Shown here piece after piece: positions 1 to 13,828 of a DNA stretch of 64,000 bases. The translations under genes and the position numbers were made by a program. The notes under the pieces are model-generated. The model was given only the letters and a program-made list of their open reading frames with translations. It ran no database searches and had not been told where the DNA came from. Where the stretch lies: contig NIVC01000413.1 of NCBI GenBank assembly GCA_002269645.1, positions 496,001-560,000 of the forward strand, read 5' to 3'. Each line of letters opens with the position of its first letter. Position 1 is the first letter of the stretch. Source of the DNA: Macrostomum lignano (taxonomy: Eukaryota).

Positions 1-685
1 GTCTGCATAAGGACCTCTAAGTATAACCGCAAGGACTGGAGTTTAAAACAGTATACTGCTGTTCATTTCTTCACAACACTCCAGGCAATATAAATATTGT
101 AGAAACATTCTAACACAATGTGTACATGTAGTTTAATAAGAATTTTTGTGGTGGCTCCGGGTCCAAAAGTCGACTGATTCCCTTACACCCCTTAGCAGGC
201 CTACTAGGAGCAGGAGAGTCGCAGAATCGAGGGTAAACTGCAGGGCTTGGGTTGCAGCAGGGCGTTATAGAATATCAGTTATAGCTAGCATGGACTGCAA
301 AGAGGGGTTGGGGAGCAGAAAACGGAGGGAAAGCTATCGTTAAGCCGCGCTCACTCGCATCCATTTTCCTTTTTTGCATGGGCTCCATTTCTCGGCTTTC
401 ATTCCCAATGCCTTATCGACACCAGCTACGAGCTTCCTATAGCAGTAGTGTGTTCTGTGCGGGTGTGTATGTTTGCAAACCACAGCCTGCTGTTTCTCGG
501 GCAGTTCCGGTTGGAAAGAACATTTTCGCTCAGGAATCCGTTTCCTGATCCCGATCCCAATCTTCTAAATCTCTTTCCTTTAGCAATGGTTTGTTCGGAT
601 TTTTTGTTTGCTCTTTGTAAAACATACAGCAGTGCAATGCGAATTTGGAGACGGATATAGAAGCATATGGGGCTGAACTATTGAT

Positions 686-741
686 GAAGCCAAGCGGCAA
701 CACGTCTGACTGTCGTGCCAGAGTGCCCGGGTTCGATTCCT
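686..741 (+). mobile_element. tRNA-like SINE head (Pol III A/B boxes) running into a TCTA array
   Basis: A-box-like AAGCCAAGCGG near 687 and B-box GGTTCGATTCC at 730-740. No complete tRNA cloverleaf or acceptor stem. Confidence 0.4.
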
Positions 742-802
742 GTCTATCTATCTACATGTATCTGAGTATTTATCTATCTATCTATCTATCCATATATCTA
801 TG

Positions 803-851
<49 letters not shown>

Positions 852-964
852 GTCTATCTATCTATCTATGTATCTATTTATCTATCTATGTATCTATCTA
901 CCTATCTATCTGTCTATCTATCTATCTATCTATCTATCTATGTATCTATCTACCTATCTATCTG

Positions 965-997
<33 letters not shown>

Positions 998-1088
998 GTA
1001 TCTATGTATCTATCTACCTATCTATCTGTCTATCTATCTATCTATGTATCTATTTATCTATCTATGTATCTGTCTGTCTATCTATCTA

Positions 1089-1120
<32 letters not shown>

Positions 1121-1195
1121 TCTTATATCTATGTATCTATCTATGAATCTATCTGTCTGTCAAACTATCTATCTTCCTATCATCTATCCATCTAT
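742..1195. repeat. (TCTA)n / GATA microsatellite with TGTA/TCTG variants
   Basis: Direct reading; the source of the YLSI ORFs. Confidence 0.97.
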
Positions 1196-1867
1196 AATAA
1201 AAGTACTTCACTTTTAAGAACTAAATGTGCACGGAATCCAGCGTAAAAAGTGACCACTTTGTTTACAGTGAGTTGACACACATCTGGTGTTTTAAGGATC
1301 TGTGGTTTAAACCCAATCGGCCTTATTGGCAACTGTATACGAGTTACAGGGCAGTCTCCGCAGCAAGTGCGGAAGTTGAAGTACGCCACATATCGCAATA
1401 AACTAAAAAGAAAGATATTGCAACGTGGACAGCTACGGGGGCCATGGAACGCCGCCAAAATCCGATCAAGCTTATTAACAAAATGCCGGACGAAAAGAAT
1501 AATAGGACAGAATTGGATTGAAGTTGATTAAATCTCCCGTATATTGAGCTATTATTGAATTATAACAGCTATGGGGCGGTAACTTCCTGAGAAATCGGCA
1601 GTCCAGTCAACAGCATTGGCTCATAAATCCCTATTGAATAGCATATAAAGAGCTTAGTTAAGACTTATACATAATGCTATATTCCACTATTTACGCATAA
1701 GCAAAGTTTTCAAAGAACTTGCTGATTAAGTTTTTTCCCCAGACTAGATAGAAGCGAAATATTCTTCTATAGTTGAATTTGTAACGGTCACACACCTGGG
1801 ATTCAATATATACAGGGCTATAAAAAGTGTATAAAAATATTATTGTTATTACAACTACTAATACTAT

Positions 1868-2220
1868 AATGTAGCCTAGTGGTCAGAGCGTCGGATCATG
1901 AATTAAAGGTCGGGGGTTCGAGTACCATCACACTCGGAACAATTTGTGCCCTTGAGCAAGACACTTTGCTCTGGATTGCTTCAGTTCACCCAGCTGTAGA
2001 ATGGATGCCAGAATTAGCTGGGGTAATTGAGGGTGTGTGGCGACCCCCCAGTCCTTGGACTGAACAGCCGTACGCAGCCTTCAGATGCGCCACCACAAAA
2101 AGCAATAGCTGAGTTGTCGGTTGCACATCTGCCCAGTAGGGCAGGTGTACTCAATCGTTATATTATTACTAGTACTACTACTACTGCTGCAACTACTAGT
2201 ACTACTGCTAGTACTACTAC
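1868..2220 (+). mobile_element. tRNA-derived SINE with CORE-like central domain
   Basis: A-box TAGCCTAGTGG (1872-1882) and B-box GGTTCGAGTAC (about 1915-1925). TGTGCCCTTGAGCAAGACACTT...CTTCAGTTCACCCAGCTGTAGAATGG resembles the CORE-SINE/MIR core (TGTGACCTTGGGCAAGTCACTT...CTCAGTTTCCTCATCTGTAAAATGG). Ends in a (TTA)/(CTA)n tail. Confidence 0.7.
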
Positions 2221-3235
2221 GTGAGTTAAGTAGGCAGAAAAAACACCTTTCCTAATGCTTATAGACCAGTCGAAACGGGAACTTATCAGTGCATGTATAA
2301 ATATATTATCTTTATGCATATATATTCTCGTATATCTCTAAATCAGAGCATATTTTGTAATATTACAAAAAACAATATAATATTACAGAACGAGACAGTA
2401 GCAGGAAAAATAAAAAGAGATTAAGTTGATCAATTGTGGCAGAAGCAATACAAAATAAGTATACACCCAAGCTAATGTTTTAAGTGTTTTAAGCTTTGCT
2501 TTTATTTAGACAGAAAATTTAATTGGATCAAAAAACAAAAACAAAAATTCAAATGACATTGAATATTGACTTATTTTACGTATTAAATAAAGAAAGAGAA
2601 CAATAGAAAAAAATCTGAATAGACATTGAAAACAGGGGCAGCAGATCCTTCACTTTTTGTCAAGGATAAACTTGAATAAAAGACCGTCAATAATGTGTTT
2701 TCCATCAGTTTATCAAAGATTATACTACAATCAAGAAGCGAAAGTAAAAAACTGAGAAAAAAGTAATGACGCATACTAATAGTAGACTATATAAGCATTT
2801 AATTATTTTCTTAAACGATTTTGTTGAAATCTGAAATTTATATTTTTATTATAAGTTATATTTGATAGACAAATATCAGTGACATAGCAAAAATATACAA
2901 ACTCCACACACTACTTACTTTTCACGTTTAGTGGTAGCCACGTCAGCTTTAAAGATTAAATTAAAAACTACACGTGAAGACAAATACGCTCGTATATATT
3001 TTAAATTAACTTGTGATTATACAATCAAATAAACAAAAATATAAGAGTTTGAAACGTCAAAGACGTCAAAAAAAACCAAATATAATAGGCGTCTATAAAA
3101 ACCTTTTTTGAAATATAGTTAATTACGAAACATATCGGCAAAAATCTAATATTAGTCCATTTGTCAATGTGCTTTATGCGGTATATAGACAGAATCTTTT
3201 CTCTTCAAGACAGTCTCGAGAATATTTTGATTGAT

Positions 3236-6200
3236 TTACGACACCACGCATCCGCTAGAATTGTTGGGATCTTTCTCACTCTGATAGATGGGCTGCTCTT
3301 TGACTGGCTGAACCGGCGCTTTGTCTTCTTTCTCTTCTGCTTTTTTGCTCTCCTCACTCTCCGACTTGACGCCCATTTTTGTCAGATCAAAGCCTTTATA
3401 GGCTTCGGGCGTCCACAGCTTGTTAATCTCCGGCAGCTGGTAGTTCTCTGGAGCGGCTAAGCCGAATGTCGGCTTCAGCTCCAGCTCGGGAATCTCCGAG
3501 GGCACGTTCTGATGGTAGCTGGAGTATTGTGAGGAATAAAGAGCGGGGTTCTTAGTTCCGATGATAAAGTTTAGGGTGAAAGTGAAGCACAGGTAAAATA
3601 GGAAAGCAGCGACTCTAAACGACTCTAAAACGACGAGATGTCGCGCGGTACAGGTCGCTAAAAAGTGGTCAAAGAGTCGCCTAAGAGTCAATTTGAGCCG
3701 TTTTATTGTCTGCGACTCTGAAACCACTCTGAGGCCGTAGAGTCGTGCCTGAGGCGTGCTGGAGTCGCTGAAGAATTACTGACTTGCTTCTAAAGTGCAT
3801 CTGCGCCACTTATCGTTAGAGTCACTACTGAACTGTTTTCAATGACTCTAGCGATTCTTGTAACGGTAACGTTTTTAACGGATTAATGATAATGACATGT
3901 GGGTATAATGACTTGGGATTCTGGTCATAATGACTTGGGATACTGGTCATAATGACTTGGGATTCTGGTCATAATGACTTGGGATTCTGGTCATAATGAC
4001 TTGGGATACTGGTCGTAATGACTTGGGATTCTGGTCATAATGACTTGGGATACTGGTCATAATGACTTGGGATACTGGTCGTAATGACTTGGGATACTGG
4101 TCATAATGACTTGGGATACTGGTCGTAATGACTTGGGATTCTGGTCATAATGACTTGGGATACTGGTCATAATGACTTGGGATACTGGTCGTAATGACTT
4201 GGGATTCTGGTCATAATGACTTGGGATACTGGTCATAATGACTTGGGATACTGGTCGTAATGACTTGGGATACTGGTCATAATGACTTGGGATACTGGTC
4301 ATAATGACTTGGGATTCTGGTCATAATGACTTGGGATTCTAGTCATAATGACATGGGATTTTAGTCATAATGATTTGGGATTCTAGTCAAAATGACATGG
4401 GATTCTAGTCTTAATGACTTGGGAATTGGGATTCAGGTTATAATGGCTTAGAATTATGGTCATAATGACATGTGATTCTGTTTATAATTACATGGGATTC
4501 TGAGATGCTATAACTTGATTGGGATTATCAACAATATTTCGATCTGAAGCTTATCTAAAAAAACTCACATGAATCCATTCTCTCGTTCACACTTTTCCAG
4601 CGTCATTCTAACGTGGGGCCCCAGTTTGCGAAAGAACAGATGCTGCTCCGGGCGCACGGTCATGCCTGGCCCAGTGGTCTTGTTGTACTCGGCCGCGGCC
4701 ACCTCGGCCTTTTGATAGACTGCATGAATTGGTCATATAGAAAATCGTTTGCAAATATAAAATAAAACCAATATTCATATCGCCTACTGTAAGTAGGCAA
4801 CAATTACAAGAAAACTGCCATAAAAATACAAAAGATTGACTGAAGAGTTTTGAATTATGTGTAAATAAAAATTAAAGTAATACTCACGTCGCCTACTACT
4901 AGTAGAAACACTAGCAAACTGCCATAAAAATACAAAAGATTAACTGAAAAGTTTTGCATAAAGTGTAAATAAAAATTAAAGTAATATTCACGTCGCCTAC
5001 TACTAGTAGAAATACAAGAAAACTGCCAGAAAAATACAATAGATCAACCCAAAAGTTTCGCATAAACTCATAACGATAAACGATAAGACTCACATTTGAC
5101 AGCTTCGCGCAGACAAGCGATAGCTTCGCCACACTTGTCCACTTTGAGAAGGCCTTCGCCGTGATAGCTATAAGCGTAGGCCTGGTAGCAACAGTATTTG
5201 AATGTTAGATATTTGCGCCATTTAAGAACCTTCCTGTCGTCCATGGTGGATAGGGCCAGCTCTAAAGGGAGGAAGGTTGAAGATTCCAACATAATACCAT
5301 TAAGCATCCATATATCGGCCTAGTCTATCTACATTTATGCCTAATACATGGACAAATACTGATTTTATCTAATATCTACCTAACCCTCTGCGTCTACCTC
5401 ATCCACCCTGCAGTCTACCTTATCTACCCCTCAGTCTACTTTGACTACTTCTCAGTCTACCTTCTCGACTTCAGTCTACCTTGTCTACTTCTCAGTCCAC
5501 CTTGTCTACTTCTCAGTCTACCTTGTCTACTTCTCAGTCTACCCTATCTACCCCTCAGTCGATTCTATCTAATTCTGCGTCTACCTTATCTACCCCTCGG
5601 TCTACATATTTAACCTTCAGCCTGCTTTATCTACTTTTTTACTTCCGTCCGCCTCTATGCATCATTCCCTTTGTCTCCTACTCCAACTCAATTCTAATCT
5701 CCCTTTTTTCTCTACCCAACCCTCCGCTACCCTATCAATATATCACACACACCAGCAGTTTTAAACATCCTAGCCGTGTCCGAAGCCAGCGAGGCCACAA
5801 TACTATGCGAATGCTCCAACTCGATAGCTCTGGCCATGGTGACTTCCTGAGCCTCAGCTGAGCACTGATTCACGTAGGCGTCAACAACTCGATCGTCGAA
5901 ATCCGTGCCAATATTGTCTTTCTGGATGAGCTTCTGCAGCTGGTTCTCCTTCACCTCTTTGAATATGCCGGCCGCTATGCGCAGGCATTTGTGCACCTCT
6001 TTGGCGTCCTCCATGCCGACCTTCTCGCTGGCTGACAATTTTGCTGCATGCTTGGTGTACCAGAGAGCCAGGTTGGTGAGCATGCAGATTAGCTCGAACT
6101 GGGCGTCAGCTTGGAAACTGAAATTTTTATGCGCATGGTTTAAGAGAGATATTGTCTAGTGAAACATTATTAGACGTGTTTAGTGACGAGTTCCGAAGGG

Positions 6201-9200
6201 ATTTGAAAAAAATTTTAAAGGATTATGGGGAGGGATAAGCTGCTTTTTTTCTGTAGAAATACGGCAATGATTTCTGAGACATTGTTGCAAAAATTTCTGG
6301 CGATTTTGGAGGAATCATGCGGAAGGATAAGGGGCGATTTCTGGTAGATTATAGTAAACGATTAGGGATGATTTCTGATGGATTATGCCAAAGGATTAGG
6401 GGCGATTTCTGGTAGATTATGGCAAAGGATTAGGGGCGATTTCTGGTAGATTATGCCAAAGGATTAGGGGCGATTTCTGGTAGATTATGGCAAAGGATTA
6501 GGGGCGATTTCTGGTAGATTATGGCAAAGGATTAAGGGGCGATTTCTGGTAGATTATGGCAAAGGATTAGGGATGATTTCTGACGGATTATGCCAAAGGA
6601 TTAGGGGCGATTTCTGGTAGATTATGGCAAAGGATTAGGGGCGATTTCTGGTAGATTATGGCAAAGGATTAGGGATGATTTCTGACGGATTATGCCAAAG
6701 GATTAGGGGCGATTTCTGGTAGATTATGGCAAAGGATTAGGGATGATTTCTGACGGATTATGCCAAAGGATTAGGGGCGATTTCTGGTAGATTATGGCAA
6801 AGGATTAGGGGCGATTTCTGGTAGATTATGGCAAAGGATTAGGGATGATTTCTGACGGATTATGCCAAAGGATTAGGGGCGATTTCTGGTAGATTATGGC
6901 AAAGGATTAGGGATGATTTCTGACGGATTATGCCAAAGGATTAGGGGCGATTTCTGGTAGATTATGGCAAAGGATTAGGGGCGATTTCTGGTAGATTATG
7001 GCAAAGGATTAGGGGCGATTTCTGGTAGATTATGGCAAAGGATTAGGGATGATTTCTGACGGATTATGCCAAAGGATTAGGGGCGATTTCTGGTAGATTA
7101 TGGCAAAGGATTAGGGATGATTTCTGACGGATTATGCCAAAGGATTAGGGGCGATTTCTGGTAGATTATGGCAAAGGATTAGGGATGATTTCTGACGGAT
7201 TATGCCAAAGGATTAGGGGCGATTTCTGGTAGATTATAGTAAAGGATTAGGGATGATTTCTGACGGATTATGCCAAAGGATTAGGGGCGATTTCTGGTAG
7301 ATTATGGCAAAGGATTAGGGATGATTTCTGACGGATTATGCCAAAGGATTAGGGGCGATTTCTGGTAGATTATGGCAAAGGATTAGGGATGATTTCTGAC
7401 GGATTATGCCAAAGGATAAGGGGCGATTTCTGGTAGATTATGGCAAAGGATTAGGGATGATTTCTGACGGATTATGCCAAAGGATTAGGGGCGATTTCTG
7501 AAGGATTATGACAAAGGATTGGGGCGATTTCTGAAGGATTATGACAAAGGATTGGGGCGATTCCTGAAGGATTATGACAAAGGATTGGGGCGATTTCTGA
7601 AGGATTATGACAAAGGATTGGGGGCGATTTCTGGCGGATTATGACAAAGGATTAGGGACGACTTTTAAGGGATCATTGGAAAGGATTAGGGACGATTTCT
7701 GAGGGATTTTTGGGAAGGATTAGGAGCGATTTTTTAGTGAGTAGTGACCATTTCAGAAGGATTGTGGCTTTTTTAAGGAAAGAAAATAGAACAATATATT
7801 TAAGGATGTTGAAGACTAGCAATGCATACTGAAGCATAGTGAAATAAAATGAACAGACCAATCTAATAAGATGAATAGAAACCTAGATAACACCATAAAA
7901 AGGTCTCTTACGCAGGTTGCTCGCCTTTCAACTGCAATGAGTCAGTCCATTTGAATTTCAAAGCGTGCCGAATTTTGCTACTGTCAGTGCCAGTCTCTGG
8001 GCCATGGATGAAGCCAACTAGCAGGCTGAGGTACTGATTGGCCGCCTCTTCAACTATTGACACGCTTAGATTTGGGTCAGCCAGCATGTCCAGCAGCTTG
8101 TTGCGCTTGTTAGTGGCATCACTAAGAAAAAGTGCAAAGTTATTTTGAAAAAAAATTAATTAAAGCAAAGAATTCTGTTGCTGAAATGAAATCATAGTCT
8201 ATAAGATCTTATAAGCCTATTATGTCGGTTAAGCAGTGTTGATAAATAGTCCGTTAATAAACAATAATTGGTCCTTTCACAATAGGTTTTTGCTTGTTTC
8301 TTTAAGGAGTTTAAATTTGTCAAAAAATGATAAGATACTTGTAATTTAGATGGTATCTTGTCTAACAAGGTGGTGATTTATCTTTTTTATTTTTATTACT
8401 TTGTTCTTTTGTTCTAGGGCTATTAATTCCTGTAGCCAACACAAGAAGTTGTAATAGGGCTATCGACTATATCCTATAGTTACTATAGTCACTATTGGCT
8501 GAGTAGTCACATGACTACTATTTTGTACAATAGGGACTTACATGTGCATGGCCAATAGAAATGGCTGGGTGAATCCCTAGGTTACACCCAAACATGAGGA
8601 GCAAACTAGAGTTAATTAAATCCTCTCCTAAACCAATGCACTCCTTTGTTAGCAAGTTGGAGAGCAAATTGAAGGCCCTTTCGATTGCTGCATTGCCACA
8701 TGGCACTGTTAAAGGACTGGCAGCAAGCTTTGCTAATAGTGGATATTGCTCAATGCTATAAATATAGTGCTCACCAGAACTTGGTGAGATCTGGCTCTTT
8801 AGAATACCACTGTTGAATGCTTTGATCAATCAGAAACAAGCACCATTCTAGCAGGAGGGCATCACAATTTGAGGAAGACCACAAGAGAACCTTTGCAACA
8901 TCAGTTTGGTAGTCTTTGCTACCAGAATAATCCAGTTGCAGAAAGCCTATGTCTCTCAGAAGTGTATTGCTCAATGGCAAGGTGTCTTGCAAACTGCTGG
9001 ATAAGTAGGCAAAGAAGGCTTTCACTCTAATGAAAAATTCTTGCCTCCCTTTGTGTAGCTTACTATATGTAACACAACTTATGTTTTGAAATGTGAAATG
9101 AGGAGCTTTGAACCCATTTTATGTTTGACCGTCTTTAAAATTTAATTTTGTCATTCTTTGACTTTGTTTCCTCTTAAATATGACAAAAATGGAATAATTA

Positions 9201-11923
9201 TATAACAAAAAAATTGATGATTCCAAATATATTTTACTATTAAAATGTAAACATGACAATAGTTTGAGAAAATTTCTTGAACCATATTCCAGAACCAGAA
9301 CCATGTTCTGGAACTGATTCTGTTTTTTGAACTATCAATATGAAGAGCATCAAACTAGTTTGGAACCAGTTCCATTTTTCAAACTGGCGATATGAAGAGG
9401 CTCTAAGTATAGTCAATGTACCATTGGTCCTTTTTACTGGTATGACTTTTCAAACTTTTCCAAAGTTTGCAAAAAAGCTTTTAGGAAGCACAAATCTAGT
9501 TCAATTGCCTTTTATCATAGAGTATGTACTTTAACAATTTTTTACTTTGTAAATTGCCTGGTCTCTGCCTAGGTAGTACCTTTATAGGTTTTACTAAAAT
9601 GGAATATATTCTACAATTTTTGTATCCTGGGCAAATTTATACAAATGCAAAATTTCTGCCACACTCTGGATCATGTAGTATATGCCCAAAAATTCAGGTG
9701 TACATTGACTTTGCATGTCAAAATTAGGCATGCACAGTTGGCATGCACCACTCCTGAGAAAATAGTATGCGTGCACACCTGGTGTGAACTTTATAGAATT
9801 AAGCATAAGAGTTATAGTGAAGTAGAAAACAAAGAAAAAGTTAATTTTTAAGTGTAAATTTCAAGCTTTCTAGTTTTTCAAGCTTGTAAAATACATTTAA
9901 ATAAATTTTTGCATGTATCACTTTTCCACTGTAAATGGTATCCCTAAAAGCATAGAAATCAATGAAATTATTTGCTAATAAGGGTATTTTACACAATTTT
10001 TAAAAGGTCATTTATTGTCACAACAAAAAAGGTCATTTATTGTTGCAACACCAGCATTAATGGGTGTGCACTTAACATTTTTTTCAGCGTACATTTGTAA
10101 TTATTCAATTTTTGTTCAGGCCTGCACCCAGCATGATCCAGACTATGAAATAAGGGCCTAATAAAAATAATAAAATTTTATAACTCTATATGGTGAAATC
10201 CAAAAACGTGGGATAAAATGGTAAAACAAATATGCGGACATTTGATGGAAGGTAATGTATCTAAAAAAGCTTTTTGAAAGACAGATAGGTCTTTAAAAAT
10301 AGTTCTGGATAAAAACTATTGTTTTCATGCTTTACATTGTTGAATAAATAAGAAAAAACCACAAAAAAGCATTTTAAAAGTCCGATTTGACCAATTAGCA
10401 ATTTTTTGTTTCATTTTTTTCAATAATAAACAATTAATTTTAAAATTTGTAGGCCTTAGAGAAGGCTAATTTTTTACTACTTACAAAACAGAAAGTAATC
10501 TACGTTTTACTTTTTATTTTATTTAAAAAGATGAAGTATTTTTAAGGATTTCAAAGTTTTTCCAAAACCACATAAACTCGCAAAATTTCATACTAATTTA
10601 AAGTGCAAAGTTTGCCAGCAAATATCTTTCTCTAAAAGTAAATATACCACTAATTCCTTGTTGCAAAATAATCTTTAAGTTGTTTTCTTTCATTTATATA
10701 TCAACTTGCATAGTATTAGTGTTTGAAATATGCCTATATTTAGACTTAAAAAATTTGGGTAAAAAATGGTACCACAAAATGTGAACCCGGCATCCAAATC
10801 AAATGTTTTATAAGCAACAAATAACAATGAAATTACACTAAAACATGTATCATTGCAGCGTGTATGCAGGAAAAAAAGAACTCTCCAAATTGCTTTAGTA
10901 TAAGCTGAGTAAAATGCAATTTTCTAATCCTTATGGGAATTCTAATGTGTTACCTGGCTTCCAAATCAGATGCTTACTGTATGCTTATTAAGCGACGAAT
11001 AACAATATAATTACACTAAAACATGTATTACCGCAATGTGTATGCAGGAAAAAAAGAACTTTTCAAATTGCTTCAGTAGAAGCTGAGTAAAATGCAATTT
11101 TCCGATCCTTATGGGAATTTGTATGCTTAAATAACAAACTTACATAATACATAGAATACAATTTATTGCAAACGAACTCTACAAAATACACATTTTCAAG
11201 AGTAACGAAAGTGATAAACAAATAAAACCTTAAAAATAATGTTAAATATGTTGTAGAATTATAGAGTGTAACATTATAAGATACCTTAAGTTGATAAAAT
11301 ACATTATTATAGCTTTTCTATTATTCTTATTAGAGTCATTTTAGGTTGTAATTAAACTTACCATTTTAACAAATCATTTTAATAAAAATGAAACTATACA
11401 TAAATAATTTGTGCTTTTATGGACTTTTTTACTTTTTTAAAACTTACATAGATTTATTTTATAGCTTTATTGCTTTCAAATTGCCAAAAAACAAATTTTC
11501 ATAAAACTTGCCCCCAATTTTTTGGATTCCACCATATAGCATAAAACTTGCATTATAAATTTTTGTTACTTCAATTCTTAATGAAATCAAATATAAAAAA
11601 TTGACAATAGTAACTGTCATAAAAGGTATGCATTGTAAGTAATGTAATTTGTCAACAATAATATTACTGTATTATGCCTATACCCTATGGCTATGCTACA
11701 GTCATTCATTTTTAATGGGACTTCATTGGTATTGTAGCATTTCAAATAAAAATTGATTTTAATTTAGGATAAACAACATATAGAGGCTAAAATAAGGAAA
11801 AAATAAACTAAAGTGTACAAACCTTGTTAACTGTCGAGCTGCAGTGTTTGAAGCAACCATTTTTAAATCAAAAGAAACTTTAGCTGTAGCTTTTAGTGGA
11901 TTTCGATGAAACCAGTGCGACAT
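3236..11923 (-). CDS. BROX: BRO1 domain- and CAAX motif-containing protein (BROX), about 425 aa
   Basis: Coding exons (-): 11923-11823, 8121-7912, 6117-5753, 5261-5094, 4719-4569, 3518-3236. All introns are GT-AG with consistent phases (1278 nt). Begins MSHWFHRNPLKATA, contains FKWTDSL, FELICM..NLALWYTKHA, KWRKYL, HLFFRKLG..LEKCERENGFIYHQ, and ends with CAAX CVVS*. Confidence 0.96.
3621..3790 (+). repeat. Dispersed repeat, inverted homologue of 27108-27258
   Basis: Shared blocks CTCTAAAACGACGAGAT, AGAGTCGCCTAAGAGTCAATTTGAG and CTGAGGCGTGCT match the reverse complement of 27108-27258. Confidence 0.75.
3902..4445. repeat. 21-bp minisatellite (GGTCATAATGACTTGGGATWCT-like) in last BROX intron
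   Basis: Direct periodicity. Confidence 0.95.
4814..5040. repeat. About 104-bp tandem duplication (2+ copies) in BROX intron
   Basis: ACTGCCATAAAAATACAAAAGATT at 4814 and 4918, with a partial third copy near 5023. Confidence 0.8.
5380..5600. repeat. 21-bp degenerate minisatellite (CAGTCTACCTTGTCTACTTCT) in BROX intron
   Basis: Direct periodicity. Confidence 0.85.
6340..7660. repeat. 34-bp minisatellite (GATTATGGCAAAGGATTAGGGGCGATTTCTGGTA) in BROX intron
   Basis: Period 34, with two alternating unit variants. Confidence 0.95.
8518..9025 (-). mobile_element. Degenerate hAT transposase C-terminal fragment in the first BROX coding intron
   Basis: YPLLAKLAASPLTVPCGNAAIERAFNLL resembles the hAT dimerisation domain. 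It is split over two frames by a frameshift. Confidence 0.7.
10186..11539. mobile_element. Putative non-autonomous DNA transposon with 21-bp terminal inverted repeats
   Basis: CTATATGGTGAAATCCAAAAA (10186-10206) vs the reverse complement of 11519-11539 (20/21 match). Contains an internal duplication of about 178 bp at 10.83/11.01 kb. Confidence 0.5.
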
Positions 11924-13828
11924 AACTAAGCCTTTGATTTACTTTGTTCCAAAGTTTAGGTTCAATTAAAAATCAAGAATCAATTCTTACAGTGAATACT
12001 GTCAAAGAATTTTATTTAATTCTATAACGAGTGAATAAAGGATTGCAGAATTGTATTTACACTAGCCGTCTTGGAAAACAAAAAATTAAAAGTTCTTTGC
12101 CTTTATAACCAGTAAAACGAATATTTTTTTCAGTTACACTTTAATAGAGGTATTTTAGCACTAAAAAGACATTTTGTTTGTGAATTTAAAAAATTAAAAT
12201 TTTATAAGGCTAACAGCTACAGTTCTTTTTACGTGTCAACAATATTTAAATCTGAGTTTTCCAAGCCCCTAGTGCCCTAATCATATGACATGATCCAGGA
12301 CAGGACCGCATTGATGTGAGAATGTGTCAATGATAAATGGGATAAGGATTTAATTTCTTTTCCCTAAGATTTAATGAATAATAATTGTTCTACAGTAAAC
12401 TAAGTTTCTGTAAATATTTTTTTCTATATCAATCACTTCTGGATGGTTGCTAGTCCCAATTTTTTATTTTTAGGGTATAATAATTAAAATATAAAAAATT
12501 GAATTGGCTATGCCTGTGCCCCAACAAAGTATTGTAAATATTTAAAGGCCGGCTTTTCATTGGTTTGCTTTAACCCAATAGCAATGGTTTTTCTACTTGT
12601 TTATTTACAAGTTTTAATTACTTGTGAAGTTGTGATGATTAATGATTAGGAGTCAAGTCAAATAAAAATTATTTGTTAAGTTTGACATTTGTTAAGTTAG
12701 TATTTCTAGTCATTATTAATTAGCAATATTAATAAGCTTAGTATTGTATTTTTTGTATAAAACTTAGTAATTTTACCTATTTTTATGTATTTTTTAGCTT
12801 TGTTATAATGTACTAATGTAGGGCCTATGTTTCAATAGAGCCCCTAGGCCCTATTGAATTTAAAGTAACCTAAAGTAGGCCTTACTATTTTTTCTAATAA
12901 TATTTACTAGACCTAGTTATAAATTCATAGTTGGGTAGCTAGGCTTCATTTTAGCCGTTTAAGGTTAGGTTTAAATATAACATTTTTTTGTTTTTGTAAC
13001 TTAATTTCAATATTACTATTAGTATTATCATGGCTATCTTATATGCAATGCATATGCTTAATATAAATAGTATAAGTAGGATCAATCTTAAATAGGCTAG
13101 TATATTTATTATTTACTATAAATTATATTATAATTAATTATTATATTTTAAAGTTTAATTTTAGATCTATGTACAAAAAATGATATAATATAAATATTAT
13201 ATTATATTATTATATAGTCTTGACTTTATTATTCTAGAAATCTTGGAACAAATAAGTAATAAGTAATGTAGTGAATTAAATTCATTAAAATACTTTTTTT
13301 TAAATAAATAGCTCTAAAGTAAAATATAAGTCTATATTATAAAGAAAGAATATATATTAATAGCCTTAGCCTCAATTTGCTCTAAAATAAAAAGTTAAAA
13401 CTTGTATATATTTAGTAACAATTCTATATTATAGATAACAATGTATTATTTTTATCAACTTTTTGTATTTTTTTGTTTTTATGTCTAAGATAATTTTGAA
13501 ATTCTTTTTTATTAATTTTAGCCAATATAGTATATAGATACACCTTGTATAATTTATATAAATTTTGTGTGTATAAAATACTTTAAAGCTAAACTTGTAT
13601 TTTTGCAAATTATTATAATATTTATATTACTTTAAGTAGCAAGTAACAAAAACATTACACTTATTGTTTACATTTCCTTAAAATCACTCTGACAAAATGA
13701 CTCATCAGATAAAATGTCTATATAATTTTTTAAGCAGACGAAGTGATCTAGACAAAAGGTTTTGTATCCTATATGCACTTCATTTTCTCATTTTATGCTC
13801 TTTGCTAATTTGTTAAGAAATCCAATGC

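Noticed and set aside
500-660. Minus-strand frame FALHCCMFYKEQ as a possible retroelement remnant
   Set aside because: Too short to assign without a database search.
686-741. Functional tRNA gene (also considered at 1868-1930 and 31130-31185)
   Set aside because: A/B boxes are present but there is no complete cloverleaf; contexts fit SINE heads.
645-1246. Long YLSI/SIYL and DR-type ORFs here and at 46.0-46.6, 59.3-60.2 and 61.6-62.9 kb
   Set aside because: Translations of GATA/TCTA microsatellites that lack stops in some frames.
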